From Lama guanicoe (taxonomy: Eukaryota), in assembly GCA_013239625.1 (NCBI GenBank), contig MU053556.1:62001-126000 (forward strand): 64,000 nt of DNA, in the 5' to 3' direction. Below the pieces are notes generated by a model. That model was given only the letters and a program-made list of their open reading frames with translations. It made no database searches and was not told where the DNA came from. The position numbers and the translations under genes were made by a program. This document shows, piece by piece, positions 22,784 to 34,247 of this stretch (position 1 is its first letter; each line of letters begins with the position of its first letter).

Positions 22784-23355
22784 GGCCTGCAACATGAGCA
22801 TCCCTGACTACGTGCAGTGTGCTGAGGAATACAAGACTCTCCCCGTTGTGGTCCAACCCGTTGGGATCACCTCAGAGGAGAATTTCTTTTGCATCTATAA
22901 GCGAATCTCCTTGGTGAGCCAGATCAGCCAGTGCGGCTCCCAGTTGGCACTCTGTATCCACTACAGGCACCACTATGTGCCCGAGAATGGGTGGAGATAC
23001 TTCCAGACGAACCGCAAGGTCGTGGGCCTTGTCACCATTACCGATTGCCTCTTGGCCACGGCCTTCAGTAAGCTCCACGTGCAGAGAGGAGCTGTATGGC
23101 ACCACACTTATTGTCTCTCAGCTGTTTGTCTTTGTGCTGCATGGGGAGGCAGCCGAGCAGACACGCACCGACGTGGCCTTCAATCTACGAGGACTGCAGG
23201 GTGGTGAAGAGGATTGAAGACTTCACTGAGTCACTCTTCATCTTGCTCAAGTCTAAGTGGCTGGATGGGGCCCCCGAAAATTCTGGGGACAAGATCCCCT
23301 TCCTCTGCATCCTGTTTGAGAAGGAGGACTTCATGGGACTGGACACAGACTGAAG
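22784..23355 (+). pseudogene. TRAPPC9: TRAPPC9-like first coding exon (exon 2)
   Basis: ATG at 22794 reads [32 protein letters not shown]...[16 protein letters not shown]. Frameshifts near 23088 and 23183, then ...[22 protein letters not shown] (TGA 23351-23353); donor GTAAG at 23356. No AG after the upstream pyrimidine tract, so the exon start is approximate. Confidence 0.93.
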
Positions 23356-26300
23356 GTAAGTTTACATGGCGGCCCGTCCGCCCTGGCTCTGTGCCGGGTT
23401 GATTCCCTACAATCAGAAAGGGATCAGCAAGGAAGAGGGCTGTCTTGTAGCCAAGGGTGGAGGGAGGTGCAACCCGCCGGTTTACAGACATTTAAAAGTG
23501 AATCCGCCTTTGTTTCAGAGAGATCCTTTTAGGGTTAGTGTGGACACTTCCTCCTGCTTTCCAGCCAGGAACCCTGGTGGGACCCTTGGAGTTGCTGTCC
23601 AATAGATTAGCCACAGCCACTGATGCTAGGAGTGCTGGGGAGGAGGCTGGTCTGAGCTGACATGTGCTGTAGGTCAAATGCACATCAGACGCTGAGACTT
23701 GTCTAGGAAAAAGAATGTAAGCTATCTTGTTACTTTCTATATTGATTACATGTCAAAAGTATTTTACATAGAATAAGTAAGATCTGTTCTTAAAATCAGT
23801 TTCTAGTATTTGTTTTTTGTTTGTTTGTGTACCGTTTTAAATGTGGCAACTGGGAAACTTTCTTTACATGGCTCTCATTTCATTTCAGTTGGGCAGCCTT
23901 TCCTGGGACAGTCTCATCCCTTTGCTTACAGATGAGATGCTGAATCCCGAGACGCAGAACGAGGCTCTGGTTGAGCTGGGGGTGATGCAGGTGTCTCCTT
24001 TCTCTCAGGTCCAGCAGCTGCATGGCTCAGGCCCTCTCTTCTTGCTCGACAGCCACCATGCCATGTTAGGACATCAGAAACACCGCCAGGCACTTCCAAA
24101 TGAACTCCGTTCGCAGGGAAAGTTGTGTCACGGAGTATGGGACAGAACAGGGAAAGATTCCTCCTCACTTTCTCCCTGTGATTAATTCAACAGCCCCACT
24201 TTGCCACGGAAGTGCAGACGAGCTCTTCTGGGCTGCCTACACCCCCACCTTCTGCTGTTTCCCCGTGTATCTATCGTGCTTTCCCTCGGGCAGAAGAGGG
24301 TGAGATGCCTTTGCCGAGAGGTGGTCCCCCTTTGCTGAGGAGAGTGAGGGAATCTGTGTCCCCCGGCCTATGGCCTCGGACCTTGAGTCCAGAGAGCGCT
24401 GATGGCGGTCCCACAGGTGACGGTCGGAGGACCTGGCACGTGCTGCCGTGACTGCTGTGGAGCCAGTGCTCTGTGATTCTTGAACTTACCTAAGATCAGG
24501 TCCTACTTTCTGTTTGGTGGTCAGTTGGAGGAGAAGAAGCCAGAGAATTGATAAAAAGAAATTCCAGACCAGCCCTTTGAGTGAGAGCCTCAGGGGACCC
24601 GAGTCCCACCTGCGTGTGGTGCCTGGCGGGCTCTGGATGAATTTTCAGTTCCTCCCCGTACATGCCTCTATGGCTTAAGGAAGGGGTGATGCATGTCGTG
24701 GCCATGATCTGTACTTGTCCTCGCAGGGCCCTGTGATCCACATGTTCACACTCCCCTTCTGCTCCTTGGAGATGAGGTGGCAGGTTTAGGAGATTGGGCA
24801 CTGCTGAGTGCAGAGCCGCCAGCATCTTGCTACACCGAGGCTGGCTCCATTCAACTCACCTGTGACCTCCTGCTGAGCCCCCAGGCTTTAGTCAAGGTAG
24901 GTGCACCGGTGCAACGTAAGCAGGGACCAACTTCTCCCCCTGGACAGACTGGTGGGTGAGCAGTGGAAGCCTGGGGCCCTGCCCCAGCCCCCTGTCCAGT
25001 GCCTCCTCTTTTGTCGTATGAGGCACTGGTGACATTTTCCTCAGCAACTGCTTGGCTCTGAGTCTGCAGACCCACCAGAGAATGCCAGCTTGTTTTTGCC
25101 TTTTGAATTCTGCCCGTGGGATTTGGCGGAGTAACTGGTTGTGTGCTTACCCCATAGTGGCTGACACTGTCACCATTGTTTATCCAGAACCTCGTGTACC
25201 AGGCATGGCTCTCGGCATCAAAATATAGCAGCGCATTAAACATCCTTCCTGTTGGGTCTGTCTGTTTTGGTACAATAAGTGCTCAGACAGCATCTGAACA
25301 TCAGTGAGATAACGCGGCCAGTGAGCTTGGGTCAAGCACGTTCTCTTCCAGTCACGTTTACTCCAGTGTTGCTTTTACTATTCCACAGTCATTAATTTAT
25401 GAAACAATGCTTTGGTGCAGGAGCAGAGCCTATTTCTCTCCTGCTACTCTTGGTGGGAGTGAGTAAAACTGTCCAGCCTGAAATGCGACCACATTTTGTA
25501 GCTCAAAAGCTGCCTAGATGCATGTAGGTGGAGTTTTGGTTAGGGGCGCTGACCACGGTGGGGTCCCCAGGCAGCGCTGCTCCACTCAGGCCCCTGCCTT
25601 CCCTGGAGCAGGAGGTGAGTGTGGGTCTCACCGTCTTCGCATCCCTGGCCTCACACACTGACGTAAATTCTTGTATAGGCTGTCAAAGCCATTTTTGTTC
25701 TTGTGTGTTTCTAATTTTCGCTTGTTCCTCTTTTCCTTTTTCTTTTTTCCTTTTTCTCTTGTACTGCCCTGTGAGCATGTTGTTGCATCTGAAAAAGTGG
25801 GCTGTGCACACCCTGCATTGGAAATAGCTAGATCGCCCTCCATGCTGTCTCCATCGCTTTAAAAGGCAAAAACTTAACAGCTGCCTTGATCCATGTATTA
25901 TCCTAGTCATGTTTTTATTTTCTAATTTTTGCAATATTTGCTTTGTTAGCACATCACCCACTGGTGTTTGATACCTGTTAAAATCCTTGATTTGAGGAAC
26001 CTGTTTGGTCCTCCTTATATTTGGTGACAAATGCGCCCTTATTAAATTTGTTTGATTGTTTTGAAGAAGTGAGATACGAATTGATTTAGGCGGCTGCTGA
26101 GGTGTTATTTTCATGGAGTATTTAAACTTGTAAATTCAAAGTCTGCAGCATCTTGCTCGATTCCTGCTTTTCCACAAACGTGCTCGGCATGCGGTTCCTG
26201 GCTGTCGATCTGTGACGTGCGTGACGGCGCTGCCTGGCCGGCGGTCACTGGTGAGGAAGTGGCAGGCTCGGAGCTGAGCAGCTGCAGGGGACGCTGTTGG

Positions 26301-29300
26301 AGGAAGCAGTCACCGTTCTGTTATTTTTTTTTTTTTGCATTCAACTTCCCCATGCCATTTACTTTATTTTACCTTCATAAAGGGGCAGAAGCGGGACTAA
26401 AATCCATGCCACTCTTTTGTTCCATTTACGAGGTTGTTTTTTCTTAGTATCAGGACAACATGGCCTTCTCCTAAGTAGCTGGCTCACCTGGATCTGGTGG
26501 ACACAGGGACCGCTAAAGGGGACCGTGGCTTCCTCTTGGCTTCAGCCAGTGGGCATGCAGAGCCTGGTCTGTGGTTTCACTCAGCAGCCATGCAGGCCTC
26601 CCTGCACCGGACTTTACTATTAACACATGTTGGCAGTAAGTAGCTGACTCGTTGTCTGTTGCAGCTGACGTCCACCATTGATGGCCGTGTCGTTAGTTTG
26701 CGGTAGTGAGTGTCCAACACCCCAGTCAGCCATGTAGGAATAAGCTTTGGCCGACCTAGGACCTTGGATTCTCACCCCCAGCCTGTTTCATCTCACCCGG
26801 GGGAAGGGTTTGGCCACCACCATCATGCTGAACATGAGGCCTTGTTTCTCCTTGCATGTTGTGGTCCAAATGTCGGCACTTCATCCTTCACTGACTTGGT
26901 CTCGCTTGAGACAGGCCAGACTTTCTTAAAGAGTCCATCACATTCTTGGGGGGAACAGAACAGAAGTAAGTGTCGCAAGTAGAAGGAGTCTAGGCTGTCC
27001 GGGTTGGCAAATGCAGGCTGGGATTTCTGATGGCTGGGCTGTGTCCTGGACACAGGGCTTTCCCGTGGCTCCCGAAAGCCCAGGGGTTGGAGTGAGAACA
27101 GCCTTGCCTGGGTTCCTCCATCCACATCTGCTTACTGGCAAGTGTGTCTGCTAATTAGGAGCTCCCCCAGACCTCGGGCCCTTCAAAGTTCAGTCCACGG
27201 GAGAACCCTGAGTCCCTTCTCCTGGGCCTCCTTTGTGAGAATCCAGTGCCTTCTGAGGTGACCCGTGCCAGGAGATGCCTCCCCCTCGAGGGAGCACCCT
27301 TTGGAGGATTGTGACTCACTGCACCATGCTGTGAGCTTGTGGGGTTCCGGCCGTGGTCCCTGCAGAACCAGTCTTGAGATGGGCTTAGCAACGGACATGA
27401 CAAGACAGGTTCCAGAGCAGGGCTAGGGGGAGGGAACAGGGGAAATTTAATGTGACCTCAAACACCTAGGTGGGTGCTGGAGCTGTTACTATCATGGGGA
27501 GCCTGGGAGGTACCTGCCAGAAATCGAATTCCATAGTAAATGGTGGACATGAGGGATTTTTAAGATGCCATTTGTCATCCAAGTTAGGACTTCAAAGAGG
27601 CACTCGGGTCTATGAACCTGGGGCTCAGGTGAAGGAGCCGGACTAGAGATACACATTGGGAGTCGTCATTCTTAGCTGGTGTTCACAGCCGTATAGGTGG
27701 ATGAGCTCATCTCGAGATGTGCAGACTAAGGCTGAGGGGGGACAAGGCTGTGCCTCGGTTGGAGGAAAGCCCAGACCATTCAGCTTTGGTGTGTCAGTCA
27801 GCGGCGTTTGGGATTTTCAGAGCAATGCCATTTATCCTTAAGGGGCTAGGGGGTGGGGAGGGCCACCCAGGAAGAAATCTGAAGGGAAGGTTGTGGCCAC
27901 GTGTGAGCGTCTTGGGACGATGCAGAGGCTGCAGGGTCCGGGAGGGGAGACTCCTCAGAAGCTGGAGTTGGAGTGGGGAGTGGGGAGAAGGTAGTCACAC
28001 TCACCTGTGAGGGAGGGAGGGAGGCCTAGGGAGTCCCCACCCTACCGGACTTGCTTTCCCATGAACAGAAGGCAATCAGACAGAGGATCTGAGGTGAAAA
28101 GGGATGGGCGCTGGGAGGGGAGACAACCTGGAGAATGGTGCTTGGACAGATCTGGAATAGTCTCCCTGCAAACTAGAGTTAAAAAATCTCAGACTCTTAA
28201 GAACATTGATTGTGACTGGGGAGGAGACAGTTTTTTTTCTGGCCTCCTAAGGGTAAGGCATGTATCCGGGGACACACAGAAGAATCAGGCAGTCTGTTCC
28301 ATTGGCTTGACCCTTACCAGGGGGAACAGAGCAAGTTTAAAGGGGGAGAAGGGCAGCGGTGGGAAACTAGCTGGGCCGCGTGTCAGGTACCAGTTGGCCG
28401 CCCTACTTGCGTGTTGCATTCACATCCATGCCTCCCAGGTGGTCGGTGGCAGCCCCCTTTTGCAGATTGGGAAGCCTTCACAGAGGGGTTAAGGAATTGG
28501 TCCATTTAGCGGCTAGTAAATGCTGTAGCAGGATTCAAGCAGGGCCTTGTCAGACATGAAGGGCATGTTTTCTCTACTAATTCCGGTACCTCCCTGTTGT
28601 ACCTGGAATGGTGAAGGGGGTCAGTTTTGGAGCCTTTCAGAAAAAGTGCGATTTATGTGCCTCAGGACTGTTTCACAAAGCTCAGTTTTCGTTGATGGTT
28701 CGGAAGCACCGCAGTGCTTTTCGCCCCACAGAGGTAAGGTCTTACTCCTTTGACGATGACGTGGTTGCAAATGACGTACAGGTGCAAAACCAGACTTAGC
28801 AGCTTCTGAAGGGAAACTCTCCGGTTCTCCCTTGTTAGGCTTTCTTCCACGGGATGTAACTGTGCTGCAGATTAGGCCTGAGCTTTCCATATGGAGTGAG
28901 GGTTTCTTATCCAAAGTTAGCATAGAATGGTCAGATGAAGAAAATCGACGTTGACAATTTATTTTTGGGTTTCACTAGACAAGATATACTGTCAGTTCAT
29001 GGCCCATGTAGCGAATGAAACTGAATACAGAACATTGCATTCTTACTTTCTATTTAGAGTTCTCTTACAACATAAGGTTGCCTGCTTTGGAACATCAGCT
29101 CCACCACCAGGGTGCCTGTCAGTGTGTTGGTGTGATTGCATTTACACAGTGAATGTAATCTGGGCTTCCTCAGCCGCAAACACTCCAGTGCAGAATCACG
29201 GGCTGTAGCCATCTCTTAGTCACGCAAATACTTCTAAAATTATATGATGCCAGAAAAGAAAGAAGAGAGAGAGAGAGAGATTGCCTTTATCAAAGTTCCT

Positions 29301-30445
29301 TTCAATTCTAACTGCAAACTGTTGTTGAGCAGCTCTGGTTTCCTTTGGATATGAATATATACATTTCTTTGCATGTAACCTGGGTTTTGGACTAGAACAC
29401 CAAGCTCTTGCTGTCCACAAGCCACAAAAATAGTAGCCAAATTGCACTCTTGTGAAATATTTTATTCTTCTTTTCTGAGAAAGGATCCTTGAATTTGGGA
29501 CTTGGGCTGTGATTTTTGCTTTTTGCTTTTCCCACCCATCTTGTAATCTCTCACTCCTTCCCACATGGCCCCCAAGAGGCCGTGGTCTCAAAGGAGCGGG
29601 CAAACACCCAGTTGGTCACCATGCAGTGCTGCTGTAGAGGGAGCCCAGACAAGACCTAAAGGACATTATCAGAGAGGACTTCCTGGGAGAAATGGGCTCT
29701 ACATTCAGTTGTGAGGACATAGCAAGTGTCAGCCAGGAGAAGGCATCAAGAGGATGGCTCACGTGGCAAGTACAGCCTGGGCAGAGGCCTGGAGGCTTGT
29801 GGGGTGGGGACTCGGGGAGAGTGCCTTGTGTGGTCCAGGGTGGAGGGTGCCCTGCTGGGGAGGACACTGGAGATGGCCTAGGGTGGAGGGCTTTGGAAGA
29901 GTTTGGGTTTTACTAGAACTGACACAGAAGGCAGTGAAGGGTGTCAGCAGGAAATGACCCACAGGAAAGGTACTTCTGGTTTTGCTTCTGATATTCTACA
30001 GAAAGTAGGGTCCGGACGGGCAACAGCAGGTATGTCTCTCCCTTTGAGACCCACCCCGTCATTCATTTATTCATAACACGAGCACTTCTGAGTGTCTAGG
30101 GGAGAGAGGGTGGACCCACATTAGTAAGCAAAATGTATTTGCTTCTTGGGAGCTTAGCAGTGTCAGAAGTTGACTTAACCTAGAACGTTCTAGGAAGAGA
30201 GGAAAAAAGTGCGGAGGTTGGAGGGATGGAAGGCTTCCTTGAGAAGCAGTCAAAATGAGCCTGGAGGCAAGTGGGAAGTAGGAGCAGGTCAGGGGGCCCC
30301 TGAGGTCACTGGGGACCTGGGTACTGAGGTGAAGCTGGGCGAGAAGTGTCGGGGGTGCGGCTAAAACTCCACCTGGGAGCCTCTGAAGGGTTTGAAGTGG
30401 GGATGATGTAATCAAATTTGTGCTTTGGGCAGGCTGCCCTGGCTC

Positions 30446-30447
30446 TG

Positions 30448-30490
<43 letters not shown>
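30446..30490. repeat. (TG)n microsatellite
   Basis: About 22 TG units with one CG. Confidence 0.9.
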
Positions 30491-30492
<2 letters not shown>

Positions 30493-31650
30493 CAGGGAAG
30501 AGGGGGAGGGTGCCACCAACTGGAGGGGTCATTAGAAGACCATTCACAGGCTGGGAGGTGACCCGTGGGAGAGGGGCGTCGGGGCTGCTTGGGAACGGCA
30601 GGGGCAGTGTGGATGCCGGATTTCCTTATGGGGAGGGCTTGTTAGCGGGGCCGCCCTAGCGGCGCCTTTTGGCTGGAAGAAAAATGATGGAGGCCGCCAG
30701 GTGGACTTTCCTCTTCTCTCCTTCCCTGCCTTGTGTGATTATCTTAGCTCAGCCAACATTTGGAATAGAAGAGCTAAGTTTCAGGGTAGCCCAGGACTTT
30801 GTTGAGCTCGTTGCAGTGAGATCTGATAGGATTTAGGTTTGTTCTGCATGTTCACTTTGCTAGAAACGTCCCGTCTTTTGGATTTCCATAGGGGTTTTAT
30901 TCTTGATAAAAATTGCGTTCTTGGTGAGAGGAAATTTAATACAGCTGTTGTCTTTCTCAAAAAAACATCTTTTAAGAACATTAATATTCAAAAGAATAGG
31001 AATATATAAAAATGATAAAGTAAGGCTTTGGTGTAGTTTCTTTGGTTTCTGAGTTAATGTGCAGTTACAGCCTTTGCATTACTTAATAGCACATCCTTAT
31101 CAGTATTTAAAGAGCTGTTAGTGAGCGCCCCAGGCCCCACCTCTCAAAGCATCATTAAAGTTTGCTCTGAAATAGTGAGGTCATAAAGGTCTTGATTGCA
31201 GAAGCCAAAGAGTTGGTTTATAATATGCAGCATAGCTCCCTTTATAAAATAATAATAGGATCAACATTAAGAAAGTGGAAGATAATTGATTTTTTGAAAG
31301 CTGAAACATAAACTTTCTTGTGCTAATGTTGCAACTGGAAATTTTGAAAAGAAAAATCCTTCTGTAATATCATCTACGTGGAATTCATATGTGCCTTTCA
31401 CGTTTAAAAACTAACTGCGCAGTGGTTTTTGAAGTCAGGAGCATTCCAGCTGAGATACTGTCATTGATGGTTGCTGGTTTTCAATGGAAGGGCCTATATT
31501 TGCCTTCTTAGCTGTTTTTTGTTTGTTTGTTTGTTTGTTTGTTTTGTTGTGAGAGGGTTGAGTAGTGCTTTGCCAGCAAGATTTTGGGGCAATTTAGGGG
31601 CAGATGTCGTGTACCAGCAGTGAGAAATTTCCATGCATTTTATTTTCTGG

Positions 31651-31771
31651 ACATCAATGGGGCACATGTGGGGTTTGTGCCTGCAGGCTGGAATGCTGCA
31701 GGACTCCCTGATCCATCACTGTTATGTCCTGGAGCTGCTCCTGTCAGTGAATGATTTTCTGTGGCTTGGAG
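31651..31771 (+). pseudogene. TRAPPC9: TRAPPC9-like exon 3 (5' part deleted)
   Basis: [30 protein letters not shown] versus recalled [30 protein letters not shown]. Donor GTAAGG at 31772; acceptor reads ttctGG. Confidence 0.9.
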
Positions 31772-32397
31772 GTAAGGTGGTCTGATGTAGATGATCAGAT
31801 GTGTAGTTAAAGTGCTATTACTTGAAGTAAGAGAAACACAGAAACATGGCTCTAAAAATACAGGATGAGGGAGGAGAACTGGCTGAGCTGCTTGCAGTGG
31901 GGCGTCTTCTCAGGTTACTTCCTCACCGTGATTCCTTCCAATATCCGCCCCAGCCCTGCACGGTAGTCCTGCCGAAGCAAGCATTCACTTTGCTCAGAAA
32001 CTCACTGAATTTCCTTGTGCCTCTGTTTGTTGGCTTTTTTTTTTTAAAGAAAATCTTGCCCTTTGCTTAAATGCCATCCCTGCTAGCCACCACTTACACT
32101 CATTCTTCTGGACCTCGTCCATACATAGCTGCTGAATGGATGAACAGAATGTAGTATCTCCATGTAGTGGAACATTATTCAGACGTAAGAGTGAATAAAA
32201 AGGAAAAAATAAATAAAGGGGAAGATGAAAAAGGCCACCTGTTCTGGGAAGTCCACCCTGACTGCTCAACCCGCCCTTTTCCCTTTTAAACCCATTCCCT
32301 TATGCTCCACTGTACTCTTTTTGATAGTACTTACCACCTTCTAATAAACTTTAACGTTTTCAAAAAAAAAACAGAGAGAGATGCTGATGCCACTTCA

Positions 32398-32668
32398 AAA
32401 TGGACGAGCCTTGATAACAGCATTTTAAGTGAAAGGAACCAGACAGAAACGGCCACATATTGTTGATTTCAGTGATCTGAAATGCCCAGAATAGGCACAT
32501 GCAGAGGCAGAGAGCAGGTGTTGGTTGCAAGGGTCTTGGTGGAGGGGGGATGGGGAGTGACTACTAGTGGACAGGGGGTTCTTTTGGGATGATGGAGTGT
32601 TCTGGAAATAGATGGTGGTGAGGGCTGCACAACCGTGAGTGTGCAGAAGACTGCTGAGTGCTGTCTCT
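32398..32668 (+). mobile_element. Old L1 (L1MB-like) 3' UTR fragment
   Basis: aagtgaaaggaaccagacagaaacggccacatattg...gttctggaaatagatggtggtgagggctgcacaac. Confidence 0.7.
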
Positions 32669-33630
32669 GGGAGTGCCTGTTGTTGGGGCGGCTTTATCTT
32701 TTTCTCACCCTGCAATGTGAAGTGTCATCTTGTGCTGTGGCATTTCTACTCCTGTGAGTGGTGAGGATCAGAGACTTTGCAGAGTCATGTTTCTTTTTTC
32801 CCCCTTGCTAAGTGTAGGCAAAATAGGTTTAAGCCTGAGAAATTGCTCCATCTGCAGAAATGTCTTTCAGTTTTGCACGGTGTAAAAATCTTGAGAGCTT
32901 TTTAATCGTTGAGGACAGTCTGTGGGGGGAAACAGCCCGTGAAGCCTGAGTGAGACATGGAAGATGCGCGCTTTCCTCCCTGACACGGGTGGGGATTTCA
33001 CCCCCGTTCAGACAGTGAAGGGCCCAGACCCGTGAGCGGAGTTGACACTCGTGAATATTTACGTGTATCCACTGCTTCATCTTGGATATTAATTTCTAGC
33101 TGAGTCATTTTGTGGCGGCAGCCTCATCCTACATCAGGAATTTATAGTATCTGCTCTTTGAGGTGAAGACCAGACAGACTTGATTATTTAACAGCCTCCC
33201 TTGAATTGATATCTCAGATTCCTTTGTCAAAAGCAAAGCAGCAGAAATACAGACGTCCTTTAATGTCGCTGTGACTTGGAACTGGTTTAGTCTCAGTGCC
33301 TCAGTGGCCTTATCTGAGGGTGGGGGAGATGATAACAGTGCTTCCCTCAGAGGGGCTGGTGAGTGGGGAGTGAGAAGCACAAATGTAGGACTTACACGAG
33401 ATGCTCATGAATGACCGGAGTTAGTGCTCTCAGCCTGGTGAGGCCTCAGGGGCAGAGATGTCAGAACAGAGCAGTCCTAGCCAGACAGCGATCCGCATTG
33501 GCAGCTGTTACGATCACTATCACCACTGTGGGTTATCAGGTAGTTTTAAGACTTGGTAATATGAATTCGTGAATAATGTTAAAAGACTAGACATCTCAGA
33601 TCCAGTATAATAGTTCTCAAGATTTCCTCT

Positions 33631-34144
33631 TGTTACGGAAATGACAGGCCAGCCGAGAAACAAGCACCACTCGGAGGGTTGGAGTACTCAGATTTATTAC
33701 GCCGGCGGGCTCAGAGGGGCTTCTGCTCCGAAGCTCTGAGCACCTCCAAGACGTGCACATGAGGTTTTATAGGGTTAATTACAAGTATGGGGCTATTAGC
33801 CAATAAGGTTCAAACAACAAAAAGCAAGGAATCAGTACACTGGAGCTTATCAATTTGGAACAGATCACGTTACTGACACTTGTTGAGCTTGGATTTACGA
33901 GTTAGCTTGTTAGCCCAGTAAACTGACACTAAACTTTATATTTACAAGTTAGCCCAGCAGAACTTATATCAGTAAAACGACACTTATCACACTTAGATTT
34001 GTGACTGAGCTCGTTAGACCAATAGACTGACACTAAACTTCAGATTTATGAGTTAGCCCAGGAGAACTCAGATCAGTAATCCGACACTTATCACACTTAG
34101 ATTTGTGACTTAGCTTGTTAGCCCAGCTGGGCTTTTCCTTCACA
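33631..34144 (-). mobile_element. Solo LTR with tandemly repeated U3
   Basis: TG..CA ends; minus-strand TATAAAA (33765-33771) and AATAAA (33693-33698); ~104-bp direct repeats starting at 33922 and 34026; near-TSD CTCT/CTCA. Confidence 0.85.
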
Positions 34145-34247
34145 CTCAGAAATAGATGTTTTTTCCCCATCTTAAATCTGAGTTGAGTCTCTAACAAAAT
34201 TCTGTATTCCTCCATTTTTTGCTTTAATTCTCCATTTCTTAAAAAAA

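Noticed and set aside
22638..22793. 52-aa N-terminal extension of the TRAPPC9-like ORF
   Set aside because: Starts at a GTG in probable intron sequence; homology begins at ATG 22794.
26175..26300. Small CpG-rich patch with TGACGT and GAGGAAGT motifs
   Set aside because: Possible intronic enhancer, but short motifs alone are not enough evidence.
33870..34127. Repeat-spacer-like pattern (CRISPR-like)
   Set aside because: Mammalian DNA; these are whole-unit tandem duplications within an LTR U3, with no unique spacers.
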